A stretch of 64,000 nucleotides of DNA from positions 372,001 through 436,000 of the forward strand of contig JAWMAR010000316.1 in NCBI GenBank assembly GCA_036785375.1. Direction: 5' to 3'. Made by a program: the position numbers and the translations under genes. This stretch comes from Leucoraja ocellata (lineage: Eukaryota). Positions 1-11,738 of this stretch are shown here, one piece after another. The notes under the pieces were generated by a model. The model was not told the DNA's origin, ran no database searches, and saw nothing but the letters and a program-made list of their open reading frames with translations. How positions within the stretch are numbered: the first letter of the stretch is position 1; each line of letters begins with the position of its first letter.

Positions 1-549
1 GAGGCCCACCCATTTGGCCTCTGCATGTGCTCTCTATATTGTCCTTTCTAAGTGCTTCTAGAACATTCTCCCTCATCTGTAGTGTAATTCCTATATCTCT
101 TCTGCATTCTTTTTGATCATGTGTGAAACATCTAAACCTTGGAACATTGAGCTGCGACTTTTGGCCTTGTCTCAACCAAGGAGTTGTAATGATTCCAATG
201 CTGTAGTTCCATGCACTGATCCAGGCTCCAAGTTCATTTGCCTTACATATAATACTCCATGCATTAAAATAAATACGCTCTAGTCAAGCAGTCCCACTAT
301 GTTTATTAACTTGGCCCTACTTACAAAACAATTAAAACATTACTTACGTATTTACAAATCTCCAACACCAATTATTATCTGATATTGCACTTAAAATAAA
401 TGATTTTCAGAGCCAGAAGGCTGTTTAAGCATGACATATCGATGATCCTGTGTTTAAAGCTTAATTTATTCGTGAACACACCGCATCTAAGTTTACATTG
501 CTTATTCAATGGGATAGCATTGGGCAAAAATAACTCATAACATCATATG

Positions 550-905
550 GCCATGAGATAGGAGTAGAATTAGGCCATTCGGCCCATTGTCTACTCCGCC
601 ATTCAATCACGACTGATCTCTCTCTCTCTCTCCAAACCCCATTCTCCTGCCTTCTCCCCATAACTTCCGACACCTGTACTAATCAAGAATCTATCCATCT
701 CTGCCTTAAACATATCCACTGACTTGGCCTCCACACCCTGCCTTGGCAAATAATTCCACAGATTCACCACCCTCTGACTAAATAACTTTCTCCTCATCTT
801 CCTAAAAGAACCTTTAATTCTGAAGCTATGGCCTCTAGTCCTAGACGCTCCCACTAGTGGAAACATCCTCTCCACATCCACTCTATCCAAGCCTTTCACT
901 ATTCA
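550..905 (-). mobile_element. CR1-type LINE 3' fragment
   Basis: RT C-terminus SRTRGHS..FSQRVVNLWN and CR1 3' UTR. Confidence 0.85.
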
Positions 906-1356
906 CTCCATGAAGCTACTGGGGGTCACTGAACATTGAAATAGTGAGGGCTTTTGTATCCAGTGGAGAAGTGAGCTATGTCTGTCAGTAGCATCCAGAA
1001 TTGTGACTGACCTACCTCTGAAAAGCAGAGAGGTCACCCACTCTCTGATCAGAAATGGTTGCTTTGGATTTGATTTTCAATTTTAGAAATCAATCTCTCT
1101 CAACCACATCCAACCTATTGGGTCAAAATTAGCATCATTAAGTCAGTAGCAAAAGGATTATAGAATTTGCAGCCAAACCTAACATGCGGATAAAACCAAA
1201 AGAAAACAATTAAACGGCAAGTAAAGAAAGATTCTGTAAGATAATGGAGTTAGTGATCCAGCATAGGTTTTATAATGAGATTTGCATCAGCTTCTCCGAT
1301 CAAAATATAACACTGTATCGTACTCTCACAACTGAGCACACAGCAGTACTGCTTAC

Positions 1357-1497
1357 CTCGGCATATTCCACCCGCTGAGTAAAATCCCACGGGACAAGCC
1401 GAGAGACACTGGCCTTTGTGCAGGGCATGGTGGTTGGCACAGGAGGTGCAAAGCACAGGAGCAGAGCCAGTGCAGGTCACACAGGATGCATGGCAGG
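1357..1497 (-). CDS. FRAS1: FRAS1 coding exon, furin-like repeat (CHASCVTCTGSAPVLCTSCANHHALHKGQCLSACPVGFYSAGGICR), most 3' exon in window
   Basis: 141 bp, acceptor tctttgttttag, donor gtaagc, phase 1-1; gene continues beyond position 1. Confidence 0.93.
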
Positions 1498-1721
1498 CTA
1501 AAACAAAGAAATAGACACAGCTGTAAAAGCATAAACTGAGGAACAGAATACGGAAGCAATGGCTTTTATGGCTGAAGAATTAGACTAGCAGAAAACCCAT
1601 GAACAAAAGTGAACAATATCTATAAGAACGTAGGAAGGAACAGCAGATGCTGGTTTAAATCAAAGATAGACACAAAATGCTGGAGTGACTCAGCGGGACC
1701 AGCAACCTCTCTAGATAGAAG

Positions 1722-2348
1722 GAATGGTGGTGAATCTCTGGAACTCTCTGCCACAGAGGGTAGAAACATAGAAACATAGAAACATAGAAATTAGGTGCAG
1801 GAGTAGGCCATTCGGCCCTTCGAGCCTGCACCGCCATTTAATATGATCATGGCTGATCATCCAACTCAGTATCCCGTACCTGCCTTCTCTCCATACCCTC
1901 TGATCCCCTTGGCCACAAGGGCCACATCTAACTCCCTCTTAAATATAGCCAATGAACTGGCCTCAACTACCCTCTGTGGCAGAGAGTTCCAGAGATTCAC
2001 CACTCTCTGTGTGAAAAAAGTTCTCCTCATCTCAGTTTTAAAGGATTTCCCCCTTATCCTTAAGCTGTGACCCCTTGTCCTGGACTTCCCCAACATCGGG
2101 AACAATCTTCCTGCATCTAGCCTGTCCAACCCCTTAAGAATTTTGTAAGTAAGTTCATTGGCTATATTTAAGAGGGAGTTAGATGTGGCCCTTGTGGCTA
2201 AGGGGATCAGGGGGTATGGAGAGAAGGCAGGTACGGGATACTGAGTTGGATGATCAGCCATGAACATATTGAATGGCGGTGCAGGCTCAAAGGGCCGAAT
2301 GGCCTACTCCTGCACCTAATTTCTATGTTTCTATGTTTCTATGAATGG
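1722..2348. mobile_element. Compound CR1 insertion (plus-strand 3' fragment containing an inverted minus-strand 3' fragment), flanked by GAATGG direct repeats
   Basis: Minus piece ~1760-2150 with (TTTCTATG)n tail; plus pieces 1728-1763 and 2152-2342. Confidence 0.85.
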
Positions 2349-3269
2349 GCTACGTTTCAGACCAGAGTCTCAACCCGAAACGTCACCCATTTCTTCTATA
2401 CAGAGATGCTGCCTGTCCCGCTGAGTTACTCCAGCATTTTGTGTCTTTTATCCAAAAGAAGAATGCTTTATATAATTCCATCCATTCAAACAACACAGGT
2501 CATTCAACCCAATAGCACCATACTAGCCTTGTTGCAGTACCCACCACTGATTCTCACCAACCAACTCCTCTCCCTTAGCATTGAAAGCTTTCCTTTCCAA
2601 ACAGACTTTACAACATGGCTCCAATTTTGTGAAGATACCATTAAGTATCTGGTCCTGCTTTGCACTGACTGAGCCAAGCTTGGTTCACATCATAATGTGC
2701 ATTGTGCGTTCCATCCTATACCGGACCACATTGAAAACCAACCTGAAGGCATGGTAGTTTGAACACTGCACATGAAATAAAATAAGTAATATTTTGGAAT
2801 CTCAGCTGGATATTAAAGGGAAGATGCGACAACATGGAAATGGAAACTCATCACAGGCAAGTGGATAGATATGAACCACACTGATTCCTTTGACACTGAC
2901 ACAGAAGCATCCCGTTGCAATGGTTGCTTGGGGCTATACATTTTTGGGAATGTGCCTACACAACCAGATTGCAATTTGCAAAACATTCTTGCGTGAACTG
3001 GCTTGATATTGGCACTTCCTGGCCCAGACATACTCTTTTTCAAAACACTCAATATTGAACAATAAATGTAGTTCTCCCAAAGGATAAAAATACAAACCAA
3101 GACAGAGAAACAACATCATAATTTCCATAATTTGTATTTTCAGAATTACATAAAACAATACAGCACAGGCCCTTCAATTCACAATGTTTATGTCAAACAC
3201 GATGCCAAGTTAAACAAATCTCCTCTGCCTGCACGTGATTCATCTCCCTCCATTCCCTGCATATTCATG

Positions 3270-5521
3270 CAGGGCTTGAAATTAACGGTTGCCCGGGTCC
3301 CACAGACCACTCAAAGCGCCGCCGAGCAACCTAAACACCGAGTCATTTTGCCCGGCTTGGCAACCAGATACTGGTTTGTACCGAAGATAGACACAAAAAA
3401 CTGGAGTAACTCTGCGAGTCAGGCAGCATCTCTAGAGAAAAGGAATTTTGTGTTGGCGGTGACGGCTGTATTGCGTGGGAAAGATACTAGGTGCGGGGTG
3501 AGGAAGGGTGGTAGCGAATGACGGGCCCCGAACAGCGGCAGCAGCAGCCACGGCCGCGATAGCGGCTCCATCACCTCCTCCTCCCGCCCTGATAAGGGCC
3601 TCTGCTTGCAAACCCGCTAACGGCGCACTTACAATACAAATCCTCCCGCACGCCAAGGCCGGGAGGTGGGAGGAGGGAGGAGGGAGGAGAGAGGGAGCGG
3701 GAGGCCTCGGCGTGCGGGAGGGTTTGTATTGTAAGTGCGCCGTTAGCGGGTTTGCATGCAGCGGCCCTTATCAGGTCGGGCGGGGTGCGGGAGGAGAAGG
3801 TAATGGAGCCGCTGTCGCGGCCGCTGCTGCTGCTGTGCGGGACGCATCATTCGCTCCGAAAGGTCTGAAGCAGCTGCACCAAAGATCCTATAGCTATGGG
3901 ATCTTTGAGCTGCACCGCTCGGCCCCGCACCTTGCTGTTGGTTGGCGGTGGAGGGAGGCGGTGGCGAGGAGTTCCCAACGGCCAAGGCAGCGGGGCGATG
4001 TTGTCCGAGGAGCGCTGACACTCCTTCCTCCATAACTCGCCCCCCTTCTCTCTCTCTCTCTCTCTCTTGTACGCCCCCTCCACCACTTATCCTGGGACCC
4101 CCTCCTCTCCATCCCGCACTGATCCCCATTCATGCCTCTATTCAGTCCTCACTGACATCCCCTGTGCTCCCCTCCCCATCTCCCCCCCAATCTATTCATC
4201 CTGCGCTGATCACCCTATCAACCTTGCATTGATTCTCCTGCCACCCCCCCCCTCCCCTCCCCCCCACTTCATCCATCCTACACTGGTTCCCCAATTCACC
4301 CGTACTTACCCCTTTCCCATCCATCCTGTACTGATCCCCCATCCATCCTGTACTAATCCACGCATTCATCCCGTACTGACCCACCCTCCATTTACCCTGC
4401 ACCTTCCCCTCATTCATCCTGTAGTGATCTCCATTCATCCTGAACAGTTCCTCTGATCCACACTGTACTGACACCACCCCCCCCCCCCCCCCCCATTCAT
4501 CCTGCGCTGATCTCTCCCCCCACCATCCATCCTGTACTGGTTCTCCCATTCAAGAAGAATGGGGGGGGACAGTCTGAAGAAGGGTCTCGACCCGAAGCGT
4601 TGCCTATTTCCTTCGCTCCATAGATGCTGCCTCACCTGCTGAGTTTCTCCAGCACTTTTGTCTACCCCCATCCATCCCGTACTGAACCCCCCCATTGAAC
4701 ACCACTGACATCCCCCGTGCTCTCCCCTCACAATTCTACCGACTCCAACCAACACGTACTAATTCACCTGCCTCAATCCATCCATTCTGCACCGACTGCC
4801 TTCTAACCCCCCACGATCTATCCACCCCGCACTGATTCACACACACCCCCCTCCCTGACCCGGACATTGACTATGTTTGATAACGGAATGCAATCAAATG
4901 TGTTTTAATTCCCAATGTTATTATTTGTTTTAATCCATAAAGATGGATTAATTAAATGGTGAATAAGTGGAATATTAAAACCGCAGTGTTTGATTGTCAC
5001 TGCTGCCGTTGACACGTTATTACAGAATCCATTTAACGGCAAATCAATGCTCTTAATATGGAGTATCAGTACTGTAGTTATTTATTGAGCAACATTCACA
5101 ACTATACGTACGCATATATGTTACCATGGTCCAGGAATTATTGACACAGGTTGATCATACGCTGAATAATCCAACCACATTTTTGTTTGGAAGTGGAAAG
5201 AACTAATAGAAATTGCATTAATTGCAATGTGTAAAAAGAGTTGAGATACTGTCTTATAATTTTGCTGCATGTCATTGTGGGATATATCATGTCTTGATTG
5301 GTGAATATGTTTAGTTTGTGACTTTATTTGAAGCAGAAATAATATGTGAATGCTTCATTGAGTATAATTCCGACTGGTAACTACGCACTTCGTTCGAGCA
5401 CATTATCGCACGCGTCATGCACGCCATCTTAAATTACTACCTAAACTGTCATCTGGCAACCTAAAAAGCTGCCAAGGTTGCCCGGCTGGCAACAGGGAAA
5501 AAAAGTTAAGCGAGAGCCCTG
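3270..5521. mobile_element. Non-autonomous DNA transposon (hAT-like CAGGGCT termini) with TCATG 5-bp TSD, inserted in a CR1 fragment
   Basis: Left end cagggcttgaaattaac, right end (rc) cagggctctcgcttaac; subterminal GGTTGCCCGG/GGCAAC motifs; the interrupted CR1 resumes after 5526. Confidence 0.8.
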
Positions 5522-6149
5522 TCATGTGCATATCTAAAAACCTCGTAAAGGTCACTGCCGTTTCTGCCTCCATCACCACCATCCTGGCAGCACAATCCAG
5601 GCACTCACCGACCTCTCTATGAAAAACTTGCCCCGCACATCTCCTTTAAACTTTGCCCCTCTCATCTTAAGGGTATGCCCTCTCGTCTTCGATATTTCCA
5701 CCCTGGGAAAAATGTTCAGACTGTCAACCCTTTGTTTGCCTCCCATAACTTTATACCCTTCAATCAGGTGTCACCTCAACCTCTGGTGCTCCAGAATAAA
5801 TAATTCAAATCTGTCCAACCTCTCCTGTACTAATACGTCCCAATCCCAGTAGCATTCTGGTAAAGCCCTTGAGCATACCTCCACATGACTTCCTGTAATT
5901 GGGGTGCCAGTCTGCACGCAATACTCCAAATGCACCTTAACCAAATTCTTACTGAGCTGCATCATTTCCTTTCTCTGGGTTCTATCTCGTTAACCATATA
6001 ACAACTACAGCACGGAAACAGGCCATCTCAGCCCTACAAGTCCGTTCCGAACAACTTTTTTCCCTTAGTCCCACCTGCCTGCACTCATACCATAACCCTC
6101 CATTCCCTTCTCACTTCCTGACTCTTATACTCAATGGAGGATTTTTATT

Positions 6150-6366
6150 AGAGGCACAAGGAACTGCAGATGCTGAAATCTTGCACAGAACACAAAGTGC
6201 TGGAATAACTCAGCGGATTAGGCACATCTCTGGAGGTCATAGACAGAAGACATTTCAGGTCAGGACCCTTCTTCAATCTGAAGTGGGTCAGTCCAATACT
6301 GAAACAAACCCAAGTCCTCCAGAAATGATTCCTGACCCATTGAGTTACTCCTGCACTTCGTTGTCT
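6150..6366. repeat. Palindromic unit made of two inverted Penelope-type terminal repeats
   Basis: caaagtgctggaataactcagcgg ... cccattgagttactcctgcacttcg, centred on cccttcttcaatctgaagtggg. Confidence 0.7.
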
Positions 6367-8106
6367 ACAAAGGATTCTTAATACTCTTCTTATGTTCTTA
6401 GATAGAGTCACAGAGTGATACAGTGTGGAAACAGGCCCTTCGGCCCAACGCCCACACCGGCCAACAATGTCCCAGCTACACGAGTCTCACTTGCATGCGC
6501 TTGGTCCATATCCCTCCAAACCTGTCCTATCCATGTCCATCCCATGTCCATCCCACTACTTCCCCCAGCAGCTTGTTCCATACACCCACTGCCCTTTGTG
6601 TGAAAAAGTTACCCTTCGGATTCCAGTTAAATCTTTTCCCCTTTACCTTGAACCCATGTCCTCTGTTCCCCGACTCTGGGTAAAAGACTGAGTGCATCTA
6701 CCCGATCTATTCCCCTCATGATTTTGTATACCTTGAGAAGATCTCCCCCCCCCCCCCCCCCCCATCCTCCTGCGCTCCAGGGAATAGAGACCCAGCCTAC
6801 TCAACGTCTCCCTATAGCTCACACCCTCTAGTCCTGGCAACAACCTCATAAATCTTTTCTGAACCGTTTCAAGCTTGACAATACACTTTCCTATAACGTG
6901 GTGCCCAGAACTGAACATAATATTCTAAATGTGGTCTCACCAACACCTTATACAACTGCAACATAACCTCCCAACTTCTATACTCAATACTCTGACTGAT
7001 GAAGGTCAATGTGCCTAAAGCCTTTTTGACCACCTTATCTACCTGCGACTCATCCTTCAAGGAACCATGCATAAACCTCTTCTTTAGTTTTGTTCCCTTT
7101 ACTACCACGAAAACTAGAAATTTGATTCAGGTCATGACCAATACCTATATAAAGGCATTAGAAGATGCTTTTTTCCTTACTCTGGGTTCTATCTCATTAC
7201 TTTTGGAAGTTTTCCAAACAGAATATAGTCACCATTTTAATTGTGGGGTTATTTGGAATTTGAAGACAATCTGGAGATAAATGTACAATAGAACCTGATA
7301 ACAACTGCTTTTGCTTTGGGAATTAGAGTTATAACTTGCACATCAATAGGGAATGTTCTGATGTGCAGGCAAGACCTGTGCCCACTCTTTCCACAGTGCA
7401 GCAAGTTGGATCACTGGCTCTTTTAATACGAGTCCTTTGTGAAAAAAACCAACTTGCTGAAGGACCAAAATTCAGGTTTATTCAACGAGAATAAGCCTGA
7501 ATTAATTGTTACAGTTCATGAAGGGTCCTCCCATGATGCAAATGTCTGCTCCACTATTTGCTGAATAAAGTAAATATTCTGATAATATAAAATTAGACTA
7601 ATGGGATGAACTCCACTTGTGAAAAGAAAACATAATTGGTAAGAATTTAATTCTCAACGGCAATCTCCGGCAGTCCCTTTAGCCTACTTACTTGCGTTAT
7701 TATGTTCTGCATTATTAATCATTCATATTCCACCAACATAAAGTTTTGCCCACAAATTATATGCCCAGTGTAGGATTACAAACGTTCACATTCTGCCATT
7801 CCACACGTGACCCTTGGACAAAGGTTGACTTTATTTATAAGGGTTTTTTTTTGTAACTTTCCAAATGAAGCGTCAGGACTGAGATTTTGGCCCGAGTCCA
7901 GTGCTCAGAGCAGGAAAGATGCCAGTTCACATGCATCTTTTCAGCAGCCAGTCAGAGGTCATTCAAGTGGAGCCCTGCTTGCTGGCAGGTTTAAGATGAT
8001 GAGAAAAGTTGTTCCAAGGGAATGTCTTTTTTTTTTTAAAAGAGTCCTTCTAATGGGTGAGCTATAGAGTTGTATTTGTCTCCATTATCATGGGTGGCCT
8101 TTTAAG

Positions 8107-8700
8107 AAGATTCAAGATTCAATACAACGGTTTATTTGTCACATTGCACAAAAAGTGCAAGTGAAATGATACGTCAGCAGCGATACAATGATAAAGGGCA
8201 CACACAAAAACACAATAAATTTTTAACATAAACATCCACCACAGCATTCATCACTGTGGTGGAAGGCACACAATTTGGCCAGTCCTCCTCCATTTCCCCC
8301 CGTGGTCGGGACCTCAACCCTCCGCAGCCGTTGCTGCGGGCGTCCAGATGGTAAAAGGACAAGGTACAAGTCCAGGTAAGTCCAGAGTCTGCTCCTCCCC
8401 ACCGGAGACCGCGGCTTTTAGTTGGTGTAGGCCGCAGGCCGGCGGCCGAAGATTTAAAGTTCCCTCCACGTCGCAGCCATAAGCACCGCAGTCTTCAAGA
8501 TTCAAGATTCAATTTAATTGTCATTTGGACCCCTTGAGGTCCAAACAAAATGCCGTTTCTGCAGCCATACATTACAAACAAATAGACCCATTCACAACAT
8601 AATTTACATAAACATCCATCACATCACTGTGATGGAAGGCCAAAAAAACTTATCTCTCCACTGCACTCTCCCCCCCCCCCCCCCCGATGTCAGAGTCGAA
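8107..8700 (-). mobile_element. Two adjacent 3' fragments of a non-LTR family with (TTGAATC)n tails
   Basis: Shared ttcca(c/t)cacagtga core, also present at 35520-35941 and 42290-43060. Confidence 0.6.
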
Positions 8701-9252
8701 GTACAGTGCTCCACAGAACATTGGGTTATTTATCTTTATATTTCATTCAGGAGATATCAGTATTGTTCCCAACCAAAAAAGTACATAATTCTTCCAAACA
8801 TCAATGATCAGATGTCATTGATTGCTTTGATGGGAGTCCACTGTTTGCGTATAATATGCGTGGGAAAATAAATCTTGAGATCTGTGTTTGAATTTTCCCA
8901 AGCCAACATTTTTAATTCTACTTTAAGGTCTCAGTTTAAATTAAACTAGTTCACTGAATGGATTAGCTGAATATTAAATAAACAAGACACAAGGTTCTGG
9001 AGTAACTCAGCGGGTCACCTTATTTCGACTGAATGTTCCAAACAGATAAAGCAAAAGGGAAAAAAAGCACCACAGCTTGTGATCCGCCACTATAAAGCTG
9101 CTGCATGAAACATCAGACGAGCTCTGCTCCCTGACTTTCTTGAATTTCTGGCACTGTGAATACTGACACAAAAAACTTATTCAATTCATCTCCAATTTCT
9201 TTATTCCCCATTTTCACTTTTCTAGCAGTTTTATTGCCATGTACTCAAAGAT

Positions 9253-9583
9253 AGAAACATAGAAAATAGGTGCAGGAATTGGCCATCGGCCCTTCGAGCC
9301 AGCACTGCCATTCAATATGATCATGGCTATTCATCTAAAATCAGTACCTCTTGCCAGTTTTTTCCCCATATCCCTTGATTGTGTTAGCCTCAAGAACTAA
9401 ATGTAACTCTCTCTTGAAAACATCCAGTGAATCGGCCAACACTGCCTTCTGTGGCAGAGAATTCCACAGATTCACAACTCTCTGCATGAAGAAAGTTTGT
9501 CCTCATCTCAGTCCTAACTGGCCTCCCCTTTATTCTTAAACTGTGACCCCTGGTTCTGAACATTGGGAACATTTTTCCTGCAG
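9253..9583 (-). mobile_element. CR1-type LINE 3' fragment
   Basis: AGKMFPM..RTRGHSLRIKG; tttctatgtttctat tail. Confidence 0.85.
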
Positions 9584-9679
9584 TTACAGGAAAGCAGGAT
9601 GCTTTCTCCAACCACTTCCATTTGAAGTCCGCTATCTTCCACCTTTTCTACCCAGTGCTTGGTACTTACAGAGGTGGAT

Positions 9680-9805
9680 GAACCGAGCCGCAGCCTGATC
9701 CATGCCGGTCACCTGGGCGAATTTGGCACAGAGACTCTCACGGCAGCGGCACAACGCTTCCGACGCCTCCGATGGCCCGGGACTCTTGCACTGAGGCTGC
9801 TCCAT
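9680..9805 (-). pseudogene. Candidate retrocopy fragment encoding a UBA-like N-terminus (TDP2/p47-type)
   Basis: Kozak ccggccATGG; MEQPQCKSPGPSEASEALCRCRESLCAKFAQVTGMDQAAARF fits the LCxxFAxxTGxDxAxA UBA-like pattern; GC-rich putative 5' UTR to ~9912. Confidence 0.5.
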
Positions 9806-10043
9806 GGCCGGAGCTGCAATGAGCAACTCACCAGCCCTGCAAACACTCACCAGCCCCGCTCCCCATCCGCATCTGTCCCCGCCGCTGCTTCTGCTTCCAA
9901 CACCCGCGGCCCATGCAGTTGATATGAGTTTTGAAATTTTCGTTGATCACAGAATTTCTCACAACAGAGCTAGAGAAATTTGTGATCAGTGAGAATTTGG
10001 TGAAATGCGTGATTCTCACGCTCAATGCATGGTTGGCAGCCCT

Positions 10044-11082
10044 GCCTCTCTATCCCCCTCTCTCGCTCCCCCCTCTCTCTCTCACTTCCTCTCTCTCTCA
10101 CTCCCTCTCTCTCACTCCCTCTGACTCTCTCCCCCCCCTCTCCCCCTCTCTCCCCCCTCTTTCTCCCTCCCACCTCAATCTCCCTCTCTCTCTCCCCTCT
10201 ATCTCTTCCCCCCCTCTCTTCCACTCTTTCTCCTCTCACCCCCTCTCTCTCTCCCCTTCCCTCTCTCCCCTCTTTCTCTCCTCTCTCTCCATTCTCCCCC
10301 TCTCTCCCCTTCCCTCTCTCTTCTCTCTCCCCCTCTCTCTCTCCTCTCTTCCCCTCTCTCTCCACCTCCCCTTCCCCCTCCCCTCTCTCCCTCTTCCCCA
10401 TCTCTTCCTCCCACCTCACTCCCCCCCCCTCTCTCATCCCATCTCTCCTCTCTCTCCTCTCCTCCCCTCCTCTCTCCTCCTCTTTCTCTCTCCTCTCTTT
10501 CCCCTAACTCTCTCTCCCCTCTCTTTCCCCTAACCCTCTCCACCCATCTCCCCTCCCTATCTCTATCTCCCCTTCTCTTTCTTCTCTCTCCCCCTACCTC
10601 TCCCCCACTCTCTCTCTTTCTCCCTCCCTCTTTCTCCCTCCCTCTCTATCTCCCCCTCTCTCTCCCTCTCTCTCTCCACACACTCGCTCTCCTCTCTCTA
10701 TCCCCTCTCCTCCTATCTCTCCCCCTCTCTCTCTCCCCCTCACTCTCCCCCCACCTCACTCTCCCCCTTGCTCTCTCTCGCCTCTCTTTCTCCCGTTTCT
10801 ATCTCTTTGCCCCCCTCTCACTCTTTCCCCCTCTCTTCCTCTTCCCCCTCTCTCTTTTACCACCACTCTCTCTTCCCCCTCTCTCCCATTCTCTCTTACC
10901 CTCTCTCCTCCCTCTCACCCCCTCTCTACCCCCACTCTCTTCCCTCTCTCTCTTCCTCTTCCCCCCTCTCTCCCCCTCTCCCTCTTTCCCCTCACTCTCC
11001 CCCTCTCTCCTCCATCTCTCTCCCCTCTCCCAAATATTCCATCTGCCTAACCTTCCTGCCCTCTAACCCCTCTCCTCCCCCT
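10044..11082. repeat. ~1 kb polypyrimidine (CT-rich) low-complexity tract
   Basis: Almost only C/T on the + strand. Confidence 0.95.
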
Positions 11083-11383
11083 TAATCTGACTCCACCTGT
11101 CACCTGCCAGCCTCTGCTCACTTCACTGTCTCACTTCTAATATGGTTTTTCTTCCCAGTGCACTGTTAGTCCTGATGCAGGTCCCAACCTGATCCATACA
11201 CCATTCCCTTTGACTCCATAGATGCTACTAACTTACTGAGTTCCTCCAGCAGTTTACTTTTTACTTATCACATATAGACTTTGGTAAAGGATTTGATAAG
11301 ATTTCAAATGGTAGACTGGTTGAGAAGATTAGAGCCCATTGAGAGCTTCCTAATTGGATCCAAAGTTGGCTGAATGATAGGAG

Positions 11384-11738
11384 GCACTTTGTCTCTCAAA
11401 CTTCTGAACATACTCTCCAGTGTGAGAGCAAGCCATTCGTCCGTCAAATTCTGATCAGAACAAATCAGGGTTAGAGCAGGAAATCTCATCTGGCAACACG
11501 GATCACATGTTAACAAAACTAATGTTTCTCCTTTGAACATATTCCAGGGCTGAAATTAATAGTCCTATCAAATGCTTTGCCACACGATTTACTGCCATGA
11601 CTACAAAACCTATCAAATCCTGTAATTACACCATTCAAAACATAAATATAATGGGGCTCAAATCCAGCACCAAGCTAAACTGCTCTCATGTGAGAACCAA
11701 CAAATATTTCAATTTTACATGTTTTTCTTCTTTCCCCA
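11384..11738 (+). repeat. Copy 1 of a ~360-bp local duplication (partner 14414-14793)
   Basis: Shared blocks such as aaattaatagtcctatcaaatgctttg and gtgagaaccaacaaatatttcaattttacatgtttttcttctttcccca. Confidence 0.9.

Larger units (their letters stand above)
3160..7070 (-). mobile_element. Cluster of CR1-type LINE 3' fragments (3160-3269 + 5522-5965, 5993-6112, 6400-7070)
   Basis: Translated motifs LVRPHLEY(C/Y)VQ, LGLYSLERRR, and CR1 3' UTRs. Confidence 0.8.

Noticed and set aside
3432-4549. GC-rich overlapping ORFs with poly-Ala runs
   Set aside because: They arise from the palindrome and minisatellite inside a non-autonomous transposon; no domain signal.
9931-11085. Ser/Leu/Pro-rich and Glu/Arg/Gly-rich ORFs
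   Set aside because: Artefacts of the CT low-complexity tract.
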